Assembly (NCBI GenBank): GCA_019058275.1
Contig: JAHLVW010000094.1
Span: 1 to 64,000 of the forward strand
Reading direction: 5' to 3'
DNA: 64,000 nucleotides
Source: Candidatus Heimdallarchaeota archaeon
GTDB taxonomy: Archaea; Asgardarchaeota; Heimdallarchaeia; JABLTI01
A program made the position numbers and the translations under genes. The stretch's first letter is position 1. Each line of letters starts with the position of its first letter. Below, piece by piece: positions 48,604 to 59,585 of this stretch. The notes under the pieces are model-generated. The model saw only the letters and a list, made by a program, of their open reading frames with translations, was not told the origin of the DNA and made no database searches.

Positions 48604-49386
48604 TTGGAGAACAAAAAAATGGATTTTCAACGAATACCAGCCAAAACGCCTATTGAGGAAGCAACTAAACCAAAAACTCAATCGAGTGGAATACCTGGAT
48701 TTGACGTAACAATTGGTGGTGGAATACCAGATGGTTCTCTCATATTGTTGTTAGGTGAACCAGGATCAAGTTATGAAATATTCGCCTTACAAATGTTGTA
48801 TAATCAAGCAAAAGAAGGGAAAAAAGTGTTCTATGTTTCAGTTGATAAACCTCCCTCAGAAGTGGATTTGGAAATGCTGACATTTAACTGGAATATTGAC
48901 ACCTACAAATCTATTGGTTCATGGTCATATATTGATGCATATGGGGCAAAATTTTCCCCAGATGATACCTCCCCTGTAATAGCTTGGGATAAAGGCTTAT
49001 TGAATCTATTAAGAACGAAATTTATTAAAAACGTAGCAAAATCTGTGCAACCATTTACGATCATTGATACAGTATCACATCTTTTACTAGATTACGATGT
49101 TGATCAAGTTCGAGAATTAGTTGAGAATTTGATAACAAGTGTTGTTAGAAAGGTTGGCGGAGTACATCTACTTCTTATGGTTAAAGGGATGCATGATCTC
49201 AAAACTGAAGTTTTGTTCAGTCATATCGCTGATGGGGTTATCGATTTTTACTTAAGAGAAAGATCAGATCAACTCCAGAGAACTTTCAGAGTAAGAAAAA
49301 TGAGAAAAGCAATTTATGATACAAGACTCTATCCTGTCAATTTAGGACCAGAAGGATTACAAATCGAAACTGCCCAAAGACTCTAG
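48604..49386 (+). CDS. Single-domain KaiC/RAD55-like ATPase with degenerate Walker A
   Basis: SGIPGFD..IGGGIP.GS.ILL.GEPGSSYE, IIDT, IADGVI, R...V.KMR. Confidence 0.85.
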   Translation: MENKKMDFQRIPAKTPIEEATKPKTQSSGIPGFDVTIGGGIPDGSLILLLGEPGSSYEIFALQMLYNQAKEGKKVFYVSVDKPPSEVDLEMLTFNWNIDTYKSIGSWSYIDAYGAKFSPDDTSPVIAWDKGLLNLLRTKFIKNVAKSVQPFTIIDTVSHLLLDYDVDQVRELVENLITSVVRKVGGVHLLLMVKGMHDLKTEVLFSHIADGVIDFYLRERSDQLQRTFRVRKMRKAIYDTRLYPVNLGPEGLQIETAQRL

Positions 49387-49517
49387 TTTAACCGATTCTT
49401 TTCTTATTCTTTTAATTAGAAATGGTAATAGTGAACCTTTTATTTTTAAAATGATACAAAGGATTAATGAAATAATCCTTTGTAATTTATTCCTTAACCA
49501 GTTGAGGTAATTGCATT

Positions 49518-51080
49518 TTGACAGAAAAAAATGTACCATGGACAGAACTTTATCGTCCAACAAATTTAGGTCAAGTAGTAGGAAATGAAGATGCAATTGA
49601 AGCTTTGAGAGATTGGTTTGATTCATGGTCACCAAAAGCAAAACGGAAAGTTGCCTTATTACATGGACCTGCTGGAACAGGAAAAACTAGTAGTGTTATA
49701 GCACTGGCTACTGAAAGAGGTTATGAACTCGTTGAAATGAATGCTAGTGATAAACGTAATAAAGATGCAATTTTGAGAATAGCAGGCAGCTCAGCAAAAG
49801 AAGGGACCTTAACTGGAGGAACAACTGGTAAACGGATTCTGTTAATAGACGAAGTTGATGGTATAACTGGGAGAGAAGATAGAGGAGGAGCAAAATCATT
49901 AGTTGATGTAATAAAGGAAGCCGCAGTACCTATCATCTGTACAGCAAATAATGCCTATCACAAAAAACTGAAAGCACTTAGGAAAGAATCAAAAGTGATT
50001 TCTTATCACCCCATTCATCAAGAGTATATTCTCAAAGTTTTGAAGAAAATAAGTAGAGATCAGAAATTAGAGCTTACATCTGAGGATTTTAACTTCATAG
50101 CAGAAAATGCTCATGGTGATTTAAGAAGTGCTATCAATGATTTAGAAGGCATGGTTTTACAAATTCGAAGTGGAAAAATATCTGATATTGAGTTATTAAA
50201 ACCTTATAGAGATAAAACAAAGGGAATACAAGAAGCATTAGTAGATATATTTAATGCTCAGGATTTTATTGAAGGTAAAAAAGCAGTAGATGGCTTAAAA
50301 ATCAAATATGATGAGCTACTTTTATGGGTATTCGAAAATGCTTACCTTCATTCCAGTGACCAACAGCTTGCTGAAGTTTATGAGACCCTTGCTTCAGCTG
50401 ATCGATTTCTAGGAAGAATAATGCGTAGACAAAGTTGGAATCTTCTTTCATATTTCTTTGATTTAGTATCAGGTGGAGTAGCAGTTGATGTTGATCGTCC
50501 AGGAAAGAATATTAAACAATATATTTTTCCTCAAAAAATCGGTATGTATGCACAAACAATGTTTACAAGAGCTCTGAGAGATTCCATTGCATCAAATATC
50601 GCTGAGAAAACTCACACTTCAACAATAGCTGCTAGAGGAGAATCGATGCATGTAGTTAAGCAAATACTCAACAGTGGTATTGGTGATGCAGCACAAATGG
50701 CTTATTGGTTAGAATTAGATGAGAATCAATTAAAATCACTAATAGAAAACCAAGAATCTATCAGGAAAATAAAGAAAGTAATGAAAGCCTATGATAAGGA
50801 AAAAATGAAGCTGCAAACATCAATGGGTGACCAAAGATTCTCAAGTTTTGATGATACAGGTGATAATTGGTCAGATATCTTAATTGAATACGAAAAGAAG
50901 AAAGAAGAGAAATTAGCTGAAGAAAAACGTAGAAAGGAAGAAGAGAAAAAACGAAAAGCTGAAGAAAGAAAAGCTAAAAAAGCTGCTGCAAAGAAAGAAG
51001 TTAAAAAAACAAAGCAAGTAGATGATCAAGATTTAGAAAAGAAAGCCAAAAAACAAGCATCTCTTGATCAATATTTCTAA
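49518..51080 (+). CDS. rfcL: Replication factor C large subunit
   Basis: PWTE.YRP, GPAGTGKT, EMNASD.R, DEVDG, GDLRSAINDL, C-terminal PIP box QASLDQYF. Confidence 0.96.
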   Translation: MTEKNVPWTELYRPTNLGQVVGNEDAIEALRDWFDSWSPKAKRKVALLHGPAGTGKTSSVIALATERGYELVEMNASDKRNKDAILRIAGSSAKEGTLTGGTTGKRILLIDEVDGITGREDRGGAKSLVDVIKEAAVPIICTANNAYHKKLKALRKESKVISYHPIHQEYILKVLKKISRDQKLELTSEDFNFIAENAHGDLRSAINDLEGMVLQIRSGKISDIELLKPYRDKTKGIQEALVDIFNAQDFIEGKKAVDGLKIKYDELLLWVFENAYLHSSDQQLAEVYETLASADRFLGRIMRRQSWNLLSYFFDLVSGGVAVDVDRPGKNIKQYIFPQKIGMYAQTMFTRALRDSIASNIAEKTHTSTIAARGESMHVVKQILNSGIGDAAQMAYWLELDENQLKSLIENQESIRKIKKVMKAYDKEKMKLQTSMGDQRFSSFDDTGDNWSDILIEYEKKKEEKLAEEKRRKEEEKKRKAEERKAKKAAAKKEVKKTKQVDDQDLEKKAKKQASLDQYF

Positions 51081-51085
51081 TCAAT

Positions 51086-51305
51086 TTGATAATGTTTACC
51101 AAATAATATTGCTATTATTATTTGAGGGAATAATGTTTTGAATTCAAAATATTGAATCATTAAAGCAATAGGTTTTGCATTCGGAACAATTTTGCTAATT
51201 TTACTTTATCCAGTTACTGCTATTATTCGACTCTTTCGATCCAAAAGACATGATGAGAGTATTAACAAATCAATAAGAACCGGGCAATATGGATATGACT
51301 ATTAG
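51086..51305 (+). pseudogene. Decayed small membrane-protein gene
   Basis: Hydrophobic reading frames IILLLLFEGIMF* and *IIKAIGFAFGTILLILLYPVTAIIRLFR..., broken by TGA codons and a frame change. Confidence 0.35.
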
Positions 51306-51372
51306 CTGTTTTAAAAGAAAATTCTAGCAGAAGTCTTTGAGAAGTATATCTTTTCAAGGATTGCTATAAACA

Positions 51373-53187
51373 TTGAATTCAGAAAGTAATCAAGGTCGAA
51401 ATGAATTTGTAAATTTCTGGGAACGTCTTAATGATATTTTTCCATATCACAACTATCGAAGAGAGCAATTTGCCATAATTTCTGCAATTCAAAAGGCGAC
51501 TAATAATGTTCTTTTAATTGATGCTGAAACTGGCAGTGGAAAAACAGCTGCAGTACTTTCTGCAATCTTAAGTAGCCAAGAAAAAAACGAAAAGATATTG
51601 ATTTTCACAAAAATGCTAGGGCAAATGGATGCTTGGTTTAGAGAATTAGGATTAATAAATGATTATAATAGAAAAACAAACCAATCAATTTACTCACTTG
51701 TTCCACTTGTAGGTAAAAGTCATGTTTGTCCATTAGTAACAAAAAATAACAGAAAACAATTCACGCAAATTGGTTGTCCGCTGTTTAACTGCTCCCATAA
51801 CAAAGCATTTCATCTGTTAGAAGAAGAATATTCTGCTGGAAAAACACTTTCGAATTTTGTTATTTCACAAATAAGTGATTTCATAAAGAAAGGTGTTGGG
51901 TTAGCAGAAGTTCTCTGGCTCCTTGAAAATAGAATAGAAAACATTGGTTGTCCATACTTAGCAATAAAAGCAGCGTTGAAAAATGCTAACTTAGTCATCA
52001 CGACATATCCCTTCTTATTAAATCCTAAATTGCGAGAAATTCTGTTTGAAAATATGGATATTGATTTAGCAAATACGACTATAGTAATTGATGAAGCACA
52101 TAATTTAGCAAAAGGAGATTTTGGGGAATTATCTTATAGAGCGCTTTATCGCGCAGTAAATGAAATAGGTCACCATCCTGCTTTTGAAATGCTCCAAAGA
52201 TTGCAAGGAAAAGAAGGTTTACATAAATTAGACATAGATGAAGGAACATTAGATGACTTGAGGAATAGTGGAAAACAATATCTCCTAAATAGATTCGAGC
52301 AAGGCCATAGAGATATTAGCTTCACGTTAAAAGTTAGTGAATTCCTTGAGAATCATTATAGTTGCTATTTAACATCAGATAAGAAATTCACGCTCTACTT
52401 GAAAGATCCTCGAAATATTCTCAATTCAATAAAACTTTCAAAACAAATGATTCTCTTATCGGGTACTTTCAGACCACTAAAGCATTTTAGTGATTTCCTC
52501 GGAGTTCCAGATGCAAACAAAATTATTGTTTTATCAGAGAAACTAGGGAAAAATAGAATCGTTCTAACAACCAGTGATCCTGAACTAACGATGAAGTACC
52601 ATGGTCGATCAACAGAGAGGTATTTACATTATAGAAAAACAATAAAGCATTTAGTAGATGTAATTCCAGGTCATACATTAGTTTTTACACCAAATTATGA
52701 ATTAACTGCCGTTTTCGCAAACTTGCTCAAGACAAAATTTGTTGAAATCCCAAATCAACCAATTACTAAGTTCATTAATGAAGTCAAAAAAAGCGAAGAA
52801 AAAGCTATTGTTGTTGCTCCTGCTCGAGGTAAGATTTCTGAAGGCATAGAAATCGTTCAAGGTGATCGCTCTTTGATCTCAGCGGTTATTATTGCGGGCT
52901 TACCTTTCCCACCACCATCTAGATCATTAAGAGAGATAATTAAAGAGTATAGTAAGTTTTGGGGAGATGTCAGAGCAACAAACTACATGAATTATTTGCA
53001 AGCTGCTGTAACTATGAGACAGTGTTTAGGAAGAATGATTAGATCTGAAAATGATATTGGCTCATGGATAATCTTAGATAATCGAATCTCATACATGGAT
53101 GTATTTCCAAGGGCAATAGAATGTAAGAATTCGTACAAAATGGTTGAACGACTAAAATTCTTCTACAAAAATCATAAAATGAGTTAG
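51373..53187 (+). CDS. XPD/Rad3/DinG-family Fe-S helicase
   Basis: YR.EQ, AETGSGKT, Cys cluster (CPL..CP..NC..CPY), IDEAHN, SGT, EGI, GLPFP, Q..GR.IRS..D.G....LD.R. Confidence 0.92.
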   Translation: MNSESNQGRNEFVNFWERLNDIFPYHNYRREQFAIISAIQKATNNVLLIDAETGSGKTAAVLSAILSSQEKNEKILIFTKMLGQMDAWFRELGLINDYNRKTNQSIYSLVPLVGKSHVCPLVTKNNRKQFTQIGCPLFNCSHNKAFHLLEEEYSAGKTLSNFVISQISDFIKKGVGLAEVLWLLENRIENIGCPYLAIKAALKNANLVITTYPFLLNPKLREILFENMDIDLANTTIVIDEAHNLAKGDFGELSYRALYRAVNEIGHHPAFEMLQRLQGKEGLHKLDIDEGTLDDLRNSGKQYLLNRFEQGHRDISFTLKVSEFLENHYSCYLTSDKKFTLYLKDPRNILNSIKLSKQMILLSGTFRPLKHFSDFLGVPDANKIIVLSEKLGKNRIVLTTSDPELTMKYHGRSTERYLHYRKTIKHLVDVIPGHTLVFTPNYELTAVFANLLKTKFVEIPNQPITKFINEVKKSEEKAIVVAPARGKISEGIEIVQGDRSLISAVIIAGLPFPPPSRSLREIIKEYSKFWGDVRATNYMNYLQAAVTMRQCLGRMIRSENDIGSWIILDNRISYMDVFPRAIECKNSYKMVERLKFFYKNHKMS

Positions 53188-53276
53188 TAGATTTTTGTTG
53201 TAGCAATTTAGACCTTTTAAAACATAATTTCTCGAGATAATAAATGAAAGAGAAATAGATTCTCAGAGGCAGTAAA

Positions 53277-56200
53277 ATGAAAAAGAAAGCACTAGTAGTA
53301 ATTATACTTTACATCTCCTTGTCAATCTTTACATCAATTGATCTTGCAAATGCTATTGGGTTAGAATATGTACCTGAAGCTATGCAATTAGTAATAAAAG
53401 AAAGTGAGAAAACACAAAATCCTGATCTACCTAACCAAATTAACGATCTTATTTCTCCATCTTATACAAATCTCTTGAGTTCTGAAGATGATCCAATTGT
53501 TGAAGGAACAGATGTAACGTTAACAAGTACAACTATTTCAACTGGGTATCCAGTTTCCTCAGGAAGTATCGATTTTAAAGATCTCAAGATTTATCATGTC
53601 GATAATGATGTAACCTCTGATGTAATCTATTCAAATAAATTTGCAGTTCGAGTTAATCTTCCACAGGATTTGATTATCTATGGATTTATTGTTGATATTA
53701 CAACAACAATAAGAGAAGACATAGACTTCTACATAAGAAGCAGTACAACAGGAGCAGATATACGATCAGGAACAATATCAGGTTACATAGCAAATAATGC
53801 TCACATTACTGGTCAACTTTTACATGTTCCTTTTGAGTATAGTGGTGGTGCTGCACCATTAACATTAGATGCACTTAACAGTTACTATTTCCTATTAGAA
53901 CCAACAGTGTCAACATCAGATACTTTTTTTGAACTAACTGAATCATCTGATGTACCAAATAATGTTCGGGTATACGAATGGTGGAATACTTATTATGCTG
54001 AAGTAATGACTGATGTAAATTTCTATTTGATTACTGACATTAATACAATTGCAGGTGATATTTCACTAAACAGTAGTGGTCAAGCTTCAACAGTTTGGAC
54101 TGCATCAAATCAAGGTAATCATTCTTTATTAGCTTGGTATAATAGAACAATATTCTATTCTGAAAGTTTTGGTTCTGTTTTAAGGTCTGTTGTTCATGCA
54201 ACTGAGACATTATTAGTATCTGTAGACCCAATAACAACAGAATATATGGATCCAGAAATTCTGCAAGCCACAGTAATGGTTGATCCTGTAACACCTGCAC
54301 CTGATAGAACAGTAACTTTTCTGGCAAGTGAAGACTTGCTAAGTTGGACAACAATTGGTTCTGCAGTAACAGACGGAAGTGGTATAGCAACACTAGAACA
54401 TCAATTTGATTTAGAACCAAACAACTATACATTGAGAGCAAAAGTAAATGAATTTTCATTAGCTGATAATACTTTGATAATTCAACCAGAACCTATTACC
54501 TGGAACTATATTGATTTCAATGGGCAATTTAGAAATAATCCTGGTTCTCCAACAACTACTCATTTCAATACAACTATCCAAGTAAAAGATAATGAAGGGC
54601 TTGATGTTCCCAACATGGACTTTGAGTTATGGTATTATTTAGATGGTGATTATGAGCGAATACCACACTATTATTCAACAAATGCTTCTGGAATGGCAGT
54701 TATTGATTTTGCAATTGATGATCTCCTAGCGGGTCATCATGTGGCAACTCACTATTTCTGCCCTGCGGATTATGATAAAAGCTACTCAGGAAATTCTAAT
54801 TATGGTGATACGATTATAGATAAAGGAATATTAGAAATTAATATACAAGATTTCTATGCTGAATGGGAGGACGACGTAAAATTATATGCTCAAGCCTTAT
54901 CTTTAGATGAAGGTTGGGAAGGATTAACGATAAGATTTTCTTATTATGTTGATTCACAATGGAATATCATAAGTGAAGCAATAACTAATTCATCAGGATA
55001 CGCTGAAATTATTTGGGTAGATATGCCCTTGATTGCTGGTGCATACTTAATTAAAGTAGAGGTTTTGGAAAGCTCATTATTTTATGCTGCAGAAAATAAT
55101 GCTAATCTCTTTATTGATAGAATAGCTTTATTGCTTTTCATCATTAATGAAGGAGAGGCTAGAGGGAATGGTGAGGAAATAGATTTAGAATATACTAGCA
55201 CAATGGACATTCTTTTTTATGTCACATTTGAAGATCTAACCCCAGCTGCAAATATTGATGTTGAGATAACTGGAAGACTACTTGATGAGATGTTCTACAG
55301 AAGTATGGGGTTTGTGACAACAAATGGAACTGGTTATGCTCACTTTAATAACTATGAGAACATGACTTTGGTTGGGTATCAATACCTCTTCATAGCAGAA
55401 ATTTATGAAACAGGTGAACATGAATCTGCTCAACTTAATTTCAAAATTAATTTAATCAAATGTACACCAATTATTTATCTTAATGATCATCAAGGAGAAA
55501 AAGGTTCCAATACAGAAATAATTGCTGATGTGAAGAACTCAGAAGGTAATCCACTAAGATATGTACAATTAGAGTTCATAATAGATGGACTAACTTATTA
55601 CGGAACAAGTGATTATTATGGGTTTGTTAGGGTATTAGTTGCACCTCAAATCGCAGCTGGAGAATATATTTTATATTGTTCTGTAGTAGAAGACGATAAA
55701 TACAATTTAGCTCAAGCGAATGCTACATTCCTTCTATTAAAAGGCATGCCCTATTTTACGTTTAATGATTCTCAAGCAATTCTTGATGGATACCTAACAA
55801 TTTACGTAATTGCTCAAGATTCATTAGGAAGACCAATACCAGATTTAACTGTGAATGTTTCACTCCTTGGATGGAGTGAAGTATTAACAACTAATGCTGA
55901 TGGAATAATTGAATATACATTCATAGTTACAGGTTATGATCTTGGATACTATCTCTTGGTTCTCTCATTCAGTGGAAATGATGATTGGTTTGACACCACA
56001 GTAACTAGTAATGTTTTGATTTATGCGCAAGATTCTAGCATCGAATTACTGTTTACAACTATAACTTGTACATATGGAGAAGAAATACTATTAGAAGCAA
56101 AATTAGAAACAATTGATGGTATACCACTTGGAAACAGAACCATTCAATTTGTGATTCTATGTGAAAACGGAACAATTATACTGTTAGGTGAAAACTTTAC

Positions 56201-58349
56201 TGATAGTAATGGAGTAGCACAATTTACTGCTGACATGTCAATTATCCCAGGTTCGTATGATCTGGGGGCCTTATATCTCGGAGCAAATGATTATGGACAA
56301 TCTTCGCAATATACCTCTTTAGTTATTCAGAAATCACAGGTAATTTTAGTTGGTAATGATTTTAATGCAGTAAAGGATTCAACAACAACTTTCCAAATAA
56401 CTCTATTAGATCAGTTTGGACAACCAATTGTTTTCGAGACAGTTACAATCTTCATATGGATAAACAATACTTGGATATTTTTGGGTGGATTTACAACAGA
56501 TCAAAATGGAAATGCAGTTGCATCAATTTTTATTCCTTATGCATATGGAGCTTATACTTTGAAGATTGAATTCAACGGCAATAGCTACTATAGTAGCAAT
56601 TATCTGAATATTGAAATAAATGTAATTGCTCCTCCACTAAAAATCAATCCAGATATTACAGTCGATGTAGATGATCTAGTTGTTGACCACCAAAATGTTA
56701 CAATTGATTTTATTATAATAAATGCCATTAATGGTTCTGATATAACAGTTTATGTTTATATCAATGGAGTGTTTAATGGAACATTTTTAGTAATCAATGG
56801 AATAGGTGAATTTTATTGGTGTCCAGATACTATTGGTTCGTATAATATCACTCTTATTACAAATGAAGATTCTATTTACTTCGCAACATCTGAAATGATT
56901 ACAATCGAAGTAATTCAAAATATTCCTCCTGAATTGATAACCTACTCTTTTGAGGATTATATTTGTGAAGGAGATCCATTTGATATTGAAGCAAAATTCA
57001 ACGACATCTCTGGGGTTGCTTATGTTTGGTTTACAGCAAATGGAAGAAGGTATGATTTGATTTACGATGGAAATGTTCATGCATTAACAACCTATCAACT
57101 TAGAGAAGGTATATACAATATTATATTGTTTGCTGAAGATTACCAAGGATTCATTTCAAACTATGATGTAGGACAGCTCCATGTTTTTCAAAGAAAAACA
57201 CAGGTTATGAAATATCAATACAATTCAGTTGTCATTGAAGAAGGTCAAGAATTCAGGTTAGAAGCTTTAATTTATTCAGAAAAGACTCTAACAAGTGTTT
57301 ACCTCATCATTAATTCAACAGAATATCTAATGACTTTGGGATATCAAATTGATAGCCACAAAAGCGTATGGTACATAAATATTGATTCTCTAGAAGTTGG
57401 AAGTTTTGAAATCAAGATCAAACTAGTCGAAGATTCAAGCAATGTTTACATTAATGAACTAAGTGAGGTTCTCATTGTTATACCAAACACTCCTCAACTA
57501 AATTCCTATGATTGGTACATTGAATCGAATAAAGATAGTGACTATATATCAGGAAACATAACTATCAGTTCGTATTATTCAATAGATATCATTGAAGTTT
57601 GGATAGATGGACAACTAGTAACTCTAGTAAAAATTGCTGATGGTATCTATAACTTCTATGGTTATGTTACTCACGCAAAAAATCATATTCTGAAAATAAG
57701 AGTAATCGATGTTATGGGTAGAGAACTTAATGATGAAATTACTTTAGGAACTCCTTCTGATTCACCTATTTTAGCCATCTCCTTAGCAGTTTCAATTGCA
57801 GTTCTGATTGCAATAATTGTAGGAGGCTTTTTTGTAATTTCCAAGTACAGAAATAGGAATCAAAACATAGATTTCTCATCTGAAGTAAATGTTCCTGATA
57901 TTAGCGATGAGTTAATTGATACATTTAATGATGAACCGTCAATTATAGATGATGATTTAGAGGAAGAAATCACAGCACCAGAAATTGACCTAACCAGGCA
58001 GCCAAGAGTTATTCGAGCTGAAACAGCATGCCAAGATAGCTCATTGGAAGAGGAATTCCTCAATCCTGATTTGGAACCGATACAGTTAGATGCTGAACCT
58101 CAGCTCGCAGAGGTAAAGGAGTATATTGCGAAAGTTAAAGGTGATGGATTAATTCCTGCGGAAAATGAGGGGATAGTGAAATCAATTGATGATCTTTCAA
58201 GTTTAGCAATAGAAATTGATCAACGATTATTACCTGAAGATGAACGGTTAAAGAAACTAGCTGAAAAAGAGAAAGAAGCTACTGCAAACCCAACAATTCC
58301 AAATTTAAAAAATATCACAGAAGAAATTGAGCAAACATTTGCTGAATAA
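53277..58349 (+). CDS. Very large cell-surface protein with tandem Ig-like repeats, single TM and acidic cytoplasmic tail
   Basis: Signal peptide; about 9 T(D/N)xxGxA repeats; TM near aa 1500-1525; roughly 165-aa acidic tail. Confidence 0.85.
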   Translation: MKKKALVVIILYISLSIFTSIDLANAIGLEYVPEAMQLVIKESEKTQNPDLPNQINDLISPSYTNLLSSEDDPIVEGTDVTLTSTTISTGYPVSSGSIDFKDLKIYHVDNDVTSDVIYSNKFAVRVNLPQDLIIYGFIVDITTTIREDIDFYIRSSTTGADIRSGTISGYIANNAHITGQLLHVPFEYSGGAAPLTLDALNSYYFLLEPTVSTSDTFFELTESSDVPNNVRVYEWWNTYYAEVMTDVNFYLITDINTIAGDISLNSSGQASTVWTASNQGNHSLLAWYNRTIFYSESFGSVLRSVVHATETLLVSVDPITTEYMDPEILQATVMVDPVTPAPDRTVTFLASEDLLSWTTIGSAVTDGSGIATLEHQFDLEPNNYTLRAKVNEFSLADNTLIIQPEPITWNYIDFNGQFRNNPGSPTTTHFNTTIQVKDNEGLDVPNMDFELWYYLDGDYERIPHYYSTNASGMAVIDFAIDDLLAGHHVATHYFCPADYDKSYSGNSNYGDTIIDKGILEINIQDFYAEWEDDVKLYAQALSLDEGWEGLTIRFSYYVDSQWNIISEAITNSSGYAEIIWVDMPLIAGAYLIKVEVLESSLFYAAENNANLFIDRIALLLFIINEGEARGNGEEIDLEYTSTMDILFYVTFEDLTPAANIDVEITGRLLDEMFYRSMGFVTTNGTGYAHFNNYENMTLVGYQYLFIAEIYETGEHESAQLNFKINLIKCTPIIYLNDHQGEKGSNTEIIADVKNSEGNPLRYVQLEFIIDGLTYYGTSDYYGFVRVLVAPQIAAGEYILYCSVVEDDKYNLAQANATFLLLKGMPYFTFNDSQAILDGYLTIYVIAQDSLGRPIPDLTVNVSLLGWSEVLTTNADGIIEYTFIVTGYDLGYYLLVLSFSGNDDWFDTTVTSNVLIYAQDSSIELLFTTITCTYGEEILLEAKLETIDGIPLGNRTIQFVILCENGTIILLGENFTDSNGVAQFTADMSIIPGSYDLGALYLGANDYGQSSQYTSLVIQKSQVILVGNDFNAVKDSTTTFQITLLDQFGQPIVFETVTIFIWINNTWIFLGGFTTDQNGNAVASIFIPYAYGAYTLKIEFNGNSYYSSNYLNIEINVIAPPLKINPDITVDVDDLVVDHQNVTIDFIIINAINGSDITVYVYINGVFNGTFLVINGIGEFYWCPDTIGSYNITLITNEDSIYFATSEMITIEVIQNIPPELITYSFEDYICEGDPFDIEAKFNDISGVAYVWFTANGRRYDLIYDGNVHALTTYQLREGIYNIILFAEDYQGFISNYDVGQLHVFQRKTQVMKYQYNSVVIEEGQEFRLEALIYSEKTLTSVYLIINSTEYLMTLGYQIDSHKSVWYINIDSLEVGSFEIKIKLVEDSSNVYINELSEVLIVIPNTPQLNSYDWYIESNKDSDYISGNITISSYYSIDIIEVWIDGQLVTLVKIADGIYNFYGYVTHAKNHILKIRVIDVMGRELNDEITLGTPSDSPILAISLAVSIAVLIAIIVGGFFVISKYRNRNQNIDFSSEVNVPDISDELIDTFNDEPSIIDDDLEEEITAPEIDLTRQPRVIRAETACQDSSLEEEFLNPDLEPIQLDAEPQLAEVKEYIAKVKGDGLIPAENEGIVKSIDDLSSLAIEIDQRLLPEDERLKKLAEKEKEATANPTIPNLKNITEEIEQTFAE

Positions 58350-59574
58350 AAACAAGGAGGATAAAGTAATTCCTAAGAAATCTACTTTCAGACAAGTATT
58401 TCGCTTAAGTAAACAAATGCTAGTACACTTTACCATTTTGTGTCTAATGATATCAAGTTTTACTATATCCATAAACCAAGTGTCATCAGAGAAAAACAAA
58501 TCAGAAATGATACAATCTACAAGTAGTTTACAAGAATACAGCTTTATTGAGCTTGGAATATATATTGAACCATTAAGCTGGGAAGGCTTGGGTTCATTTC
58601 AAATTTCATTAAATGAAACCTTTGATTTAGATAATGTTGGTCCTGTGATGATTATTTTAGATTTTACCTCACAAGGAGATCTTCCTGATAACCCAGGTTA
58701 TCAAATAAAAGGTACATTTAACTTGTTAGATTTTGAATCAGAAATAAGCCGATCAATGATATCCTCTGATGATGAAGAACTCGTGCGACAAATAGTCATT
58801 CCTACAGATAGTGAAGGCAGGTATTACAGCAATCAAATGGAGTTAAACATCAGCTGCTTAAATGAATATTCTAGTTTATCTTCAGGAACACTCGAGATAA
58901 AGAGTTCTTCTAGAGTATTAATTGGTGATGTCTTACTTATTGAAAACTTTGATAATTACCCAATACAAGTGTTCCCTAAGAACCAAATAGGTGTCTCTGA
59001 TATTGGGGGATTAACACTTTTTAGTTACATACAATTCACCATTGAAAATGAAACTCTGATCAATGCTGCAAAATACAGTTTGAATCTAACAATTAGATTT
59101 ACAGGGGATGTCAGAATTTCATTAACATTGTTCGATAATAATAGTGAAGCTAGTCCATTTACAAAAAATCAAACCACAGCTAACATAATTACAGCAACTG
59201 CAGAATTACAACCATCTCATGGAGTTAATTATTATTCAATTGGTTTGTCGATTTATGGAGATAGCCTTTGGGGTACGAACTTTAATGTTACCTTTGTAAA
59301 TTGCACTGTTAATCTGATAGAAGCTCTAGGTGGCTTTGGATTATTTAATCTAGATATTCCTTTCTTTCAATGGCCTTCAGTACCTATTGTAGGAGTAGTT
59401 GCATTGGTACTCTGGTTTGTGCCATATACTTTACTTAAGTTTCGTAAATGGCAAAAATCAACTAAGGAGTTCAGTTTCACATCTCTAGATGATGACCTTG
59501 ATATTGTTGATCCTGAGGGAATTGCTACAGATGATGATCATGATGATATAAAGGATGCTTTTGAATTTGTGTAG
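58327..59574 (+). CDS. Membrane-anchored extracellular beta-rich protein
   Basis: Signal-like segment, beta-rich body, C-terminal TM and acidic tail; start uncertain. Confidence 0.75.
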   Translation: MSKHLLNKNKEDKVIPKKSTFRQVFRLSKQMLVHFTILCLMISSFTISINQVSSEKNKSEMIQSTSSLQEYSFIELGIYIEPLSWEGLGSFQISLNETFDLDNVGPVMIILDFTSQGDLPDNPGYQIKGTFNLLDFESEISRSMISSDDEELVRQIVIPTDSEGRYYSNQMELNISCLNEYSSLSSGTLEIKSSSRVLIGDVLLIENFDNYPIQVFPKNQIGVSDIGGLTLFSYIQFTIENETLINAAKYSLNLTIRFTGDVRISLTLFDNNSEASPFTKNQTTANIITATAELQPSHGVNYYSIGLSIYGDSLWGTNFNVTFVNCTVNLIEALGGFGLFNLDIPFFQWPSVPIVGVVALVLWFVPYTLLKFRKWQKSTKEFSFTSLDDDLDIVDPEGIATDDDHDDIKDAFEFV

Positions 59575-59585
59575 GAGGATTTGAA

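Noticed and set aside
48604-49386. Circadian KaiABC clock
   Set aside because: Single domain, degenerate Walker A, and no recognisable kaiA or kaiB
51138-51305. TGA recoding (Trp or selenocysteine)
   Set aside because: Conserved genes such as pheT, pheS and cbf5 end at TGA at their expected C-termini; no Sec-type motif context here
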